From a virus (Duplodnaviria; Caudoviricetes), in the IMG/VR virus record IMGVR_UViG_3300038988_000159, positions 1 to 29,377 of that record: DNA of 29,377 bases; one strand, given 5' to 3'. The position numbers and the translations under genes were made by a program. The notes beneath the pieces are model-generated. The model saw only the letters and a list, made by a program, of their open reading frames with translations, did no database searches and was not told where the DNA came from. Of the stretch, positions 7,976-14,942 are shown one piece after another (the stretch's first letter is position 1; every line of letters starts with the position of its first letter).

Positions 7976-8151
7976 GGCCGCACCTCCTGGGCCCGGGCGT
8001 TGAGCACGGACTACTTGATGAAGTCGCCCAGGGTCTCGCCGGGCCGCAGCACGGCCTGGCCGATCAGGCGGCGGCCGGTCCAGACCTGCACCACTCGCTG
8101 GCCGCCCTGGCCCGGGTCCACCTGCCTCGCGGTCACGCGCAGGGGGGTCAT
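7972..8151 (-). pseudogene. Small ORF with an in-frame TAG at 8013-8011 (46 aa, or 59 codons if read through)
   Basis: MTPLRVTARQVDPGQGGQRVVQVWTGRRLIGQAVLRPGETLGDFIK*SVLNARAQEVRP*. SD GGAGG, ATGA overlap upstream, and the second stop overlaps the next start (GTGA). Confidence 0.6.
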
Positions 8152-8393
8152 TTCTGGACCTCCAGTGGGGGATAGTGGACGTCGAAACCAACATCTTCCG
8201 GCCGGGAAATCTCGACGGTGATGTCCCTGCCGCGCCCGTCGTCCAGCACTGCATCGGTTTCGAAGTGGACACTGACGTCGAATTCGTCAGGATCGACATC
8301 CGCCACTATGTCCCATGCGTCCTTTGCGCTCTTGGCCTCCACGGTCGCGACGAACCCGATGCTTTTGGTCACGTTCACCTTGAATCTTGGCAT
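8148..8393 (-). CDS. Acidic small protein (81 aa), DpnD/PcfM-like N-terminus
   Basis: 'MPRFKVNVTKSIGFVATVEAKSAKDAWDIV'; TAATG coupling to the upstream gene; SD AGGAGG. Confidence 0.7.
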   Translation of the reverse strand: MPRFKVNVTKSIGFVATVEAKSAKDAWDIVADVDPDEFDVSVHFETDAVLDDGRGRDITVEISRPEDVGFDVHYPPLEVQK

Positions 8394-8602
8394 TATGCAG
8401 CCCTCCTGGCCTTGGTGTTGGAAGCCCCGAGGTATGCGACTGGACAGCCGCATCTCCTGAACCACTGGTGGATGCGCGCGGAGCGCAATTTGCCATTCAA
8501 GAATCTGGAGATGGCCGTGGAACTGACCCGGTTGGCCACCGCCACGTCCTTGACCCGCAGGCCACGCAAGATCATCCATGCCCGGATCTGTCGCTCGTTC
8601 AT
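8393..8602 (-). CDS. Cro/Ner-like HTH regulator
   Basis: 'IRAWMILRGLRVKDVAVANRVSSTAISRFLNG'; ATGA coupling. Confidence 0.8.
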   Translation of the reverse strand: MNERQIRAWMILRGLRVKDVAVANRVSSTAISRFLNGKLRSARIHQWFRRCGCPVAYLGASNTKARRAA

Positions 8603-9051
8603 TTGCTGCCGATCCTTTCAAACAGAGCCTTCTTGAGCGCCGCGCGCTGGCGGTCCTCGGCCGTGAGTTTGCCCAGCTCGTAGAGCGGGGCCTCCTCGGC
8701 CGTGAGCACCACGAGCCCGGCGGCCTCCACCGCGGCCCGGATCACGCCCGCGTCGCCCGTGACCACGGCCAGGGCCGCGGCGTATTCCAGGGGTACGGGC
8801 CTGTCGGTTTTTTCGGGGGCGGCCCAATTGTTCACGGTATGGACGCCGATTTTATCCCCCGTGAGCCGGGACAGCTCGTCGGCCACGGTTTCACGCGACA
8901 GGCCGCACTGCCGCAGCGCTTGCCGCAGAGTGTCCTTGACGGCCTCTTTTGCACGGAGGGAGCCAGCTCTACGTTTTTGCGAGGGGAGTTCAGACAGGGG
9001 AAGGGTCAGTTGGACCATTCCGGGGTCTGTTTTTTGCGGAGTCTTTGACAT
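8599..9051 (-). CDS. Phage regulatory HTH protein, first gene of the early operon
   Basis: 'LSRETVADELSRLTGDKIGVHTVNNWAAP'; SD GGGGG; divergent from the repressor. Confidence 0.75.
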   Translation of the reverse strand: MSKTPQKTDPGMVQLTLPLSELPSQKRRAGSLRAKEAVKDTLRQALRQCGLSRETVADELSRLTGDKIGVHTVNNWAAPEKTDRPVPLEYAAALAVVTGDAGVIRAAVEAAGLVVLTAEEAPLYELGKLTAEDRQRAALKKALFERIGSK

Positions 9052-9116
9052 TGCACCCCCAGCCTTTTGCGGCTAAAAACGGGGTAACGAGGTTATTTTC
9101 GTAACCCGACGCCTGT

Positions 9117-9145
9117 GATTTACGTTTTAACTTAACTAGTGTCAA
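9117..9145 (-). promoter_or_regulatory. Putative early promoter (sigma70) in the lysis/lysogeny switch region
   Basis: Minus strand TTGACA (9145-9140)-17 bp-TAAATC (9122-9117) in an AT-rich tract. Nearby dyads TAAC-N3-GTTA (9085-9095) and GGTTA-N6-TAACC (9091-9106) may be operators. Confidence 0.55.
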
Positions 9146-9180
9146 GCATGGGCGAAACTTTTTTAGAGAAAGTCGAAACA

Positions 9181-9840
9181 ATGCCGAACCGGGCGCTCCC
9201 TTTTGAAGAAATTCTTGAGCAGATGATCGCCATCGCCGGGGTTAAAAACCAATCCGAACTGGCGCGGGAGCTAGGCGTGACACCTGCGAGCATATCCGAC
9301 GCCAAGCGCCGCGGACAAATTCCGCTAGCCTGGATAGAAAAGCTCGCGCGTAAAAAAAATGTAAGTATGGACGTAATGCTTGGCAGGGCCCAGGCGGGGC
9401 CGACTGTTCAACGCCAAGAGTCTGATCTGCTTATGGTGCCCAAGGTCACTGCCCGGTTGTCTGCTGGCAGCGGCTCGTTTGAGACGGATGCAGAGGTGAA
9501 GGGTCTCTACGCCTTTCGCTCTGAATGGCTCCACGCGAAAGGAAATCCCAAACACATGGTGCTCATGGAAGTAAGCGGTGATTCTATGGAGCCGCTACTC
9601 GCCAACGGTGACACGGTTTTGATCAACCGGGACCAGCGGGACATTCTTGCTGGAAAGATTTACGCGGTGGGCATTGAGGATACTGTTGTGGTCAAGCAGG
9701 TGGACAAGGAGCCCGGCAAGCTCATCCTGCGAAGTTTCAACCCTCGCTATCAGCCGATGGAGGTGCCGATGACCGGGGACATGCTCGGGGTGGTGCGCGT
9801 CATCGGCAGGGTCATCTGGTGGTGCCACGAGGCGTTGTAG
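9181..9840 (+). CDS. CI/LexA-type repressor: HTH plus S24 autopeptidase
   Basis: HTH 'NQSELARELGVTPASISDAKRRGQIP', 'SAGSG' cleavage-type site, catalytic 'GDSMEP' and 'VVKQV', terminal 'VIGRVIW'. Alternative start at 9148. Confidence 0.93.
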   Translation: MPNRALPFEEILEQMIAIAGVKNQSELARELGVTPASISDAKRRGQIPLAWIEKLARKKNVSMDVMLGRAQAGPTVQRQESDLLMVPKVTARLSAGSGSFETDAEVKGLYAFRSEWLHAKGNPKHMVLMEVSGDSMEPLLANGDTVLINRDQRDILAGKIYAVGIEDTVVVKQVDKEPGKLILRSFNPRYQPMEVPMTGDMLGVVRVIGRVIWWCHEAL

Positions 9841-9852
9841 GAGGGGCGGGCT

Positions 9853-10437
9853 ATGAATTGGATGTATCCAGCGGTGGCAGGCGGTGTCGGCGCGGTCTTT
9901 TTCGGGATCGCTCTCGCGGACATTCTGACGAATTGGGAGCGATACCGCCTGAAGATGCAGGCAAAGGGCTCCAACTTGTCACGGCCTATGGCCGCGACGC
10001 TCGCGGGAGTCATGTTCGCGGCGTCTTTGTTCGCTCTGCACGTCGCCTGGACAAGCTACAGAGAAAAGCACCCGGCTGTTCCGAAGAGCCCGGCGGCGGC
10101 AAAGCAATATGTCGTTGGAACGTGGGTTTTCACAGCGCCGCTCACTTTGGAAATGCCCCACGTTGTCTCTTGGCAGCGCTGGATTATACGGGATGACGGG
10201 ACCGTGGACATCTTTGAGACTCCCCCGGCCAGCGACTCATGGGGCAAGCCGGTAACGCGCCAATACGAGATAGCCACAGCGAAATATCGGGACACCGGGG
10301 AACGGTTTTATTGCGTCAAGATTTCGGGATCGCCCTTGTACGCCACCATTTTGGAGGATGGCTCTCTGGTGGTGCAGGGGCAGGACAAGGTTTGGGCCGT
10401 CCTGGAGCGAGGCGACCGCAACCCGTTCTCGAAGTAG
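9853..10437 (+). CDS. Accessory membrane protein (2 TM segments plus beta-rich soluble domain), downstream of the repressor
   Basis: SD AGGAGG; two hydrophobic segments; more A/T-ending codons than the structural genes. Confidence 0.75.
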   Translation: MNWMYPAVAGGVGAVFFGIALADILTNWERYRLKMQAKGSNLSRPMAATLAGVMFAASLFALHVAWTSYREKHPAVPKSPAAAKQYVVGTWVFTAPLTLEMPHVVSWQRWIIRDDGTVDIFETPPASDSWGKPVTRQYEIATAKYRDTGERFYCVKISGSPLYATILEDGSLVVQGQDKVWAVLERGDRNPFSK

Positions 10438-10456
10438 CTTCACCGCACTCCCTCTT

Positions 10457-10483
10457 CCCCCGGGCCGCGCCGCGGCCCGGGGG
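10457..10483 (+). terminator. Perfect GC-rich inverted repeat after the repressor operon
   Basis: CCCCCGGGCCGCG-C-CGCGGCCCGGGGG (13-bp arms); the U-tail is weak. Confidence 0.45.
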
Positions 10484-10513
10484 CCGTTCTACCCCCTCTG
10501 CCCGTCCGCAGCT

Positions 10514-10557
10514 TTTAACGCGCGTTAAACGACTCCTCCGCAGGCCCGGCCTATAGT
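10514..10557 (+). promoter_or_regulatory. Putative Mor/C-activated late (lysis) promoter
   Basis: Perfect palindrome TTTAACGCGCGTTAAA (10514-10529), 22 bp, then -10 TATAGT (10552-10557); no consensus -35. Confidence 0.7.
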
Positions 10558-10660
10558 CGGGCCTGCTTCGGTTGTTGCCCTCCTGGTCCTGGGCCGGAAG
10601 CGCTCCCAGCATGGCGCTTCCGGCCGCCCAGGGCGGGCCGCCCCGAACAAGGAGGAGATC

Positions 10661-11023
10661 ATGCCCATCGACCGCCGCCCGTTTATTGAGCGCCACCGCT
10701 ACTGGATACTCTTCGCCGTCACCGCGTTGCTGCTGCTGGTTTTGGTGACCCTGGCCCCGCAGCAGATGCCCCTGGTTCCCTACAAACTGGTTCTCCCGAT
10801 GATCGGGGCCCTGGATTTTTTGTGGCTCGACCATGCGATCTGGCCGTTTGCCCAGCCCGAGGGCTACTTGGCCCAGGCCTACGCCACGGCCACGGGCAAT
10901 GGCCCGGATGGAGAGCCCGACTACAAAATCGCAGAGGGCTACATGCTCGCGTTCCTGGTGGCCTGCCTGCGTCAGGCCGTTTTGGTCTGCATCGGGGCCC
11001 TGGCCGTGAGCCTGGGGCTGTGA
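10661..11023 (+). CDS. Putative holin
   Basis: 2-3 TM segments, 'D..IWPFAQPEGYL' motif, directly before the endolysin; SD AAGGAGG. Confidence 0.8.
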   Translation: MPIDRRPFIERHRYWILFAVTALLLLVLVTLAPQQMPLVPYKLVLPMIGALDFLWLDHAIWPFAQPEGYLAQAYATATGNGPDGEPDYKIAEGYMLAFLVACLRQAVLVCIGALAVSLGL

Positions 11024-11025
11024 CC

Positions 11026-11706
11026 ATGTCCCGCGATTCCCGCCTCGCCACCCTGATAGCCCTTGCCGTGACGTTCGCCGTCGCGGCCCTGCTGTTGCTG
11101 GCCGCCCTGGTCTTCATCCCTGCGGAGGAGGCCAGGGCCGCCAGTTCGCCGCCCCGCGCCATGCAGGCGTACCGCTCCCTCATCATCCGCGCGGCCCGGT
11201 CCTCGGCTTGGGGCATGGCCGCGCCCGTGGCCGTGCTGGCCGCGCAAATCCATCAGGAGTCCCGGGGCGACGAGCGCGCCAGGTCCCCGGTGGGCGCGAT
11301 GGGCCTGTGCCAGATCATGCCCTCCACAGCCGCCTGGCTGGCCGAGACGCATCCCGAGCTGGGGCGTCCCGACTCCCTGAATCCGGCCTGGGCCGTGCGC
11401 GCCATGTGCGCCTACGACCGCTGGATCTGGGAGCGCGTCCGGGGCGCGGCGTCCGGGTGCGACCGCTGGGCCATGACCCTCTCGGCCTACAACGGCGGCT
11501 TGGGTTGGGTGGTTAAAAAGCGCGCCGCAGCCGCGCGCCTGGGCCTGGAGCCCGGGGCCTGGTGGGACCAGGTGGAAGCTGTGGAGGTTGGCCGAGCCAC
11601 GGCCAACGAGCGCGAAAACCGCGGCTATTCGCGGCTCATCCTGCTGCGGCATCAATCCCTGTACCGCGCCTGGGGTCCGGGCGTGGCTTGCGAGGTGCGG
11701 CCATGA
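11026..11706 (+). CDS. Endolysin, SLT lytic transglycosylase with N-terminal signal/SAR-like segment
   Basis: 'AQIHQESRG..ARSPVGAMGLCQIMPST', 'LSAYNGGLG', 'RENRGY'; start at ATG 11026. Confidence 0.92.
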   Translation: MSRDSRLATLIALAVTFAVAALLLLAALVFIPAEEARAASSPPRAMQAYRSLIIRAARSSAWGMAAPVAVLAAQIHQESRGDERARSPVGAMGLCQIMPSTAAWLAETHPELGRPDSLNPAWAVRAMCAYDRWIWERVRGAASGCDRWAMTLSAYNGGLGWVVKKRAAAARLGLEPGAWWDQVEAVEVGRATANERENRGYSRLILLRHQSLYRAWGPGVACEVRP

Positions 11707-12353
11707 GCCTGCTGACCACCGGCATTAAGACGTTTTTTGGTAGTGCGAGCCCCGCCACATGGCTGGCCATCGCCCTGGCGGTGCTCCTGGCCCTGGGGGC
11801 CGCGACGTGGCGCGGGTACGCATGGGGCCACGGCGTGGCCGAAACCGAGGGCCGGGCCGAGCTGGCCGAGTACCGCGCCCAGGTGTCCGAGGCCAACGCG
11901 CTGGCCCAGGACACGGCGCGCCGCGTCCTGGACACGGAGATCGTGCGCCGGGACGGCCTGGAGCGGGATCTGGGCGCGGCCTTGAAAACCGTCGCGGCCC
12001 AGCGCCGCGAGATCACCAAATGGAGGATGGCCGATGCGGCTCGTGATGTGTCTTTTGCTGGTGGCGGTGTGCTGCTGGGGCCTGATTGGCTGTGCCTGTA
12101 CAACGCGGCCCTCGGCCTCGGCGACGGTCAGTGTCTGCCCAGGGCCGCCTCCGGTCCTGACGGAGACGCCGGACGAGCCGGAGCCCCTGACGCCGGGGTA
12201 CTTCGAGCGAGCCGGGGAGTGACCCCGGCGGACGTCCTGGCTCACGCCCGCGACGTGGGCCGCTACATGATGGAGCTGCGCGCCCGTTACCTGGCGCTCA
12301 TCGCCTGGGCCGACGGCCTGCCGCGCACCCAGACCGCCACCGAAGGGAGGTAG
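11703..12353 (+). CDS. Inner-membrane spanin (Rz-like)
   Basis: N-terminal TM segment plus coiled coil; ATGA overlap with the endolysin stop. Confidence 0.75.
   Translation: MSLLTTGIKTFFGSASPATWLAIALAVLLALGAATWRGYAWGHGVAETEGRAELAEYRAQVSEANALAQDTARRVLDTEIVRRDGLERDLGAALKTVAAQRREITKWRMADAARDVSFAGGGVLLGPDWLCLYNAALGLGDGQCLPRAASGPDGDAGRAGAPDAGVLRASRGVTPADVLAHARDVGRYMMELRARYLALIAWADGLPRTQTATEGR
12034..12222 (+). CDS. Nested outer-membrane spanin lipoprotein (Rz1-like)
   Basis: +1 frame inside Rz; SD GGAGG; signal peptide with lipobox-like 'LIGC'; Pro-rich 'CPGPPP...PDEPEPLTPG'. Confidence 0.7.
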   Translation: MRLVMCLLLVAVCCWGLIGCACTTRPSASATVSVCPGPPPVLTETPDEPEPLTPGYFERAGE

Positions 12354-12356
12354 GCC

Positions 12357-12728
12357 GTGCTGGAAATTCCCTGGGACAAACTCGTCAACGTCGCCTCGCT
12401 CCTGGTGCTCGTGCTCCAGGGCGTCATGGCCTGGGTGGTCTGGAGCCTGCGCAAGCAGTTCATGACCCGCGAATCCTGCGACGGCAGGTGCGGGCAGGTC
12501 GAGGAGCGCCAGTCCAAGGCGGACTCCCGCATGACGGAGATGGAGGCCGCTCAGCGGTCCATGCCCACGGCCAAGGACATCAACAGCCTCAACGGCAAGC
12601 TGGGGGGCATCGAGGGGGAGATCAAGGCCCTGCTCGCCACGGTGCGCGGCCAGGCCGACACCATGCGGCGCATCGAGCACCCCCTGAACCTGCTCTTGGA
12701 GCATCACCTGAACGGGGAACGCAAATGA
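12357..12728 (+). CDS. DUF2730-like protein (Mu gp25 position)
   Basis: N-terminal TM, coiled coil, 'SMPTAKDI..L', 'LNLLLEHHL'. Confidence 0.75.
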   Translation: MLEIPWDKLVNVASLLVLVLQGVMAWVVWSLRKQFMTRESCDGRCGQVEERQSKADSRMTEMEAAQRSMPTAKDINSLNGKLGGIEGEIKALLATVRGQADTMRRIEHPLNLLLEHHLNGERK

Positions 12729-13021
12729 GCTTCGCCGAGCTGCTCGCCGAGGACCGCCGCTTGAGCCTCCTGCGCCTGCTTGCCGAGGCCCCGGCCACGT
12801 CCGCCAACACCTACGTGCTGCACACCGCGCTCCAGGCCGTGGGCCACGCCTGCTCCGGGGCCCAGGTGGAAACCGACGCGGCCTGGCTGGCCGAGCAGGG
12901 CCTCGTCACCGTGGAGGACTTGGGTCAGGTCCGGGTGGTCCACCTCACGGCTCGCGGTGATGACGTGGCCGCGGGCCGGGCCGTGGTGCCGGGCGTCAAG
13001 CGGCCCGTGCCGGGGGTGTAG
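12725..13021 (+). CDS. Mu gp26-like winged-helix protein
   Basis: 'EDRRLSLLRLL...WLAEQGLV...LTARGDDVAAGRAVVPGVKRP'; ATGA overlap. Confidence 0.85.
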   Translation: MSFAELLAEDRRLSLLRLLAEAPATSANTYVLHTALQAVGHACSGAQVETDAAWLAEQGLVTVEDLGQVRVVHLTARGDDVAAGRAVVPGVKRPVPGV

Positions 13022-13023
13022 CC

Positions 13024-13620
13024 ATGCCCCGCCAGTCCACGGTCAAGCGCCTGCCCCCGGAGATCCGCGAGGTCATCGGCGCGCTCCTGGACCAGGGCCG
13101 CACCCTGGACGAGATACTGACCAAGCTTCGGGAGCTGGGCGTGGACAACGTGTCCCGCTCGGCCCTGGGCCGCTACAGCAAGGACCTGGCCAAGGTGTCC
13201 GAGCGCATCCGGCGTGGCCGCGAGGTGGCCGAGGCCCTGGTGCGCAAGCTGGGCGACGCCCCGGAATCCAAGATCACGCGCATGAACGTGGAGCTGGTGC
13301 ATAGTGTCATCACGGACCTGACGATGGCCGCCCTGGAGGCCGAGGGCGAGGATGCCGAGGGGGGCGACGCCAAGGCCACCAAGCTCACGACCCTGAATCC
13401 GATGGGGGCCATGCTCCTGGCCAAGGGCCTGGACCACCTGGCCAAGGCCAGCAAGGCGGACGCGGACCTGGTCAACAAGTTGCGCGAGCAGGCCCGCAAG
13501 GAGGCCGAAGCCAAGGTGGATGAGGCCGTCGCCGAGGCGGGCGAAGTGGCCAAGCGCGACAAGCTGTCACCCCAGGAAGTCCTGGCGTTGCTCAAGAAAA
13601 TTTACCGGGGCGAGGCGTGA
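13024..13620 (+). CDS. DUF3486 / Mu gp27 (putative terminase small subunit)
   Basis: 'MPRQSTVKRLPPEIRE...VSRSALGRY'; precedes TerL with a GTGA overlap. Confidence 0.85.
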   Translation: MPRQSTVKRLPPEIREVIGALLDQGRTLDEILTKLRELGVDNVSRSALGRYSKDLAKVSERIRRGREVAEALVRKLGDAPESKITRMNVELVHSVITDLTMAALEAEGEDAEGGDAKATKLTTLNPMGAMLLAKGLDHLAKASKADADLVNKLREQARKEAEAKVDEAVAEAGEVAKRDKLSPQEVLALLKKIYRGEA

Positions 13621-14939
13621 GCGGCATTCTCCTGCCCTATCAGCGCCGCTGGGTGGACGATGCGAGCCGGTTCAAGATCGGCATGTTCGCCCGCCAGACC
13701 GGCAAGACGTTCTCCACGACCTATGAGATCGCCGAGGACGCGATGGAGCACGACGTGCTCGGCGGCAGGACGCGTTGGGTCATCCTTTCCCGTGGCGAGC
13801 GCCAGGCCAAAGAGGCGATGGACGAGGGGCTCAAGCTGCACCTCAAGGCGATGGGCGCGGCCTTCGAGTTTCTGGAGGAGGATTCCGGCTATCGCTTCGA
13901 GGACGGCACGCGCATCAAGGCCCTGGAGGTGATCCTGGGGCACGGATCGCGGATCACGGCGCTTCCGGCCAACCCGGACACCGCGCGTGGCTTTTCGGCC
14001 AACGTCTTCCTGGACGAGTTCGCCTTCCATGCCGACTCGCGCAAAATCTGGAGCGCCCTGTTCCCGGTGATCTCCAAGCCGGGGCTCAAGCTGCGCATCG
14101 TGTCCACGCCCAATGGCAAAGGCAACAAGTTTTTCGACTTGATGACCGGCAAGGACAAGGTCTGGAGTCGGCACATTGTGGACATCCACCAGGCCGTGGC
14201 CGAAGGCCTGGAGCGTGACGTCGAGGAGTTGCGCGCCGGCTGCGACGACGAGGACGCCTGGGACCAGGAGTACGAGCTGAAATGGCTGGACGAGGCCTCG
14301 GCCTGGCTGCCCTTCGAGCTGATCAACTCCTGCGAGCACGAGCGCGCCGGGATTCCCGACGCCTACCAGGGCGCGCCCTGCTTCATTGGCGTGGACATCG
14401 GGCGGCGCAAGGACCTGTTCATTATCTGGGTGCTTGAGGCCATCGGCGACGTGCTCTGGACCCGGGAGGTCGTCGTAGGCAAGGGGATCACCTTCGCGGC
14501 CCAGGACGCCCTGCTGGACGACGTGTTCGCGCGCTACTGCGTGATCCGCTGCTGCATGGACCAGACAGGCATGGGCGAGAAGCCGGTTGAGGACGCCAAG
14601 GGCCGCCACGGAAGCCTGCGCGTGGAGGGTGTGCTTTTCACGGGCCCGAACAAGCTGACGCTGGCGACCCGGGGCAAGGAGGCCTTTGAGGACCGCGAGG
14701 TCCGCATTCCGTCCGGGGACCCCGAGCTGCGGGCCGATCTGCACAAGCTCAAGAAGGTGTCCGGGCCGACCGGAGCGCCGCGGTTCGTGGCCGATTCGGA
14801 CAGCGCCGGGCACGCGGACCGCGCCTGGGCACTGTTCCTGGCCCTGAACGCGGCGCAGCACTCCGTGACGCCCATCGAGTTCGCCACCACCGACAAGCCC
14901 CGCGCCGGGTACCAGATCAACGACTACCTGCCGGAGTAA
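13617..14939 (+). CDS. terL: Terminase large subunit
   Basis: 'LLPYQ', Walker A 'ARQTGKT', Walker B 'VFLDEFA', nuclease 'GVDIG' and 'HADRAWA'. Confidence 0.95.
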   Translation: MSGILLPYQRRWVDDASRFKIGMFARQTGKTFSTTYEIAEDAMEHDVLGGRTRWVILSRGERQAKEAMDEGLKLHLKAMGAAFEFLEEDSGYRFEDGTRIKALEVILGHGSRITALPANPDTARGFSANVFLDEFAFHADSRKIWSALFPVISKPGLKLRIVSTPNGKGNKFFDLMTGKDKVWSRHIVDIHQAVAEGLERDVEELRAGCDDEDAWDQEYELKWLDEASAWLPFELINSCEHERAGIPDAYQGAPCFIGVDIGRRKDLFIIWVLEAIGDVLWTREVVVGKGITFAAQDALLDDVFARYCVIRCCMDQTGMGEKPVEDAKGRHGSLRVEGVLFTGPNKLTLATRGKEAFEDREVRIPSGDPELRADLHKLKKVSGPTGAPRFVADSDSAGHADRAWALFLALNAAQHSVTPIEFATTDKPRAGYQINDYLPE

Positions 14940-14942
14940 GCC

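Noticed and set aside
6344-8621. Longer N-termini given in the ORF track (6469, 7806, 8299, 8621)
   Set aside because: They overlap upstream genes; shorter starts with an SD and mostly stop/start coupling (6343, 7644, 7975, 8393) fit better.
9045-9079. Plus-strand TTGACA as the repressor promoter
   Set aside because: No -10-like hexamer at 16-18 bp spacing, and it overlaps the start of the 8599-9051 gene.
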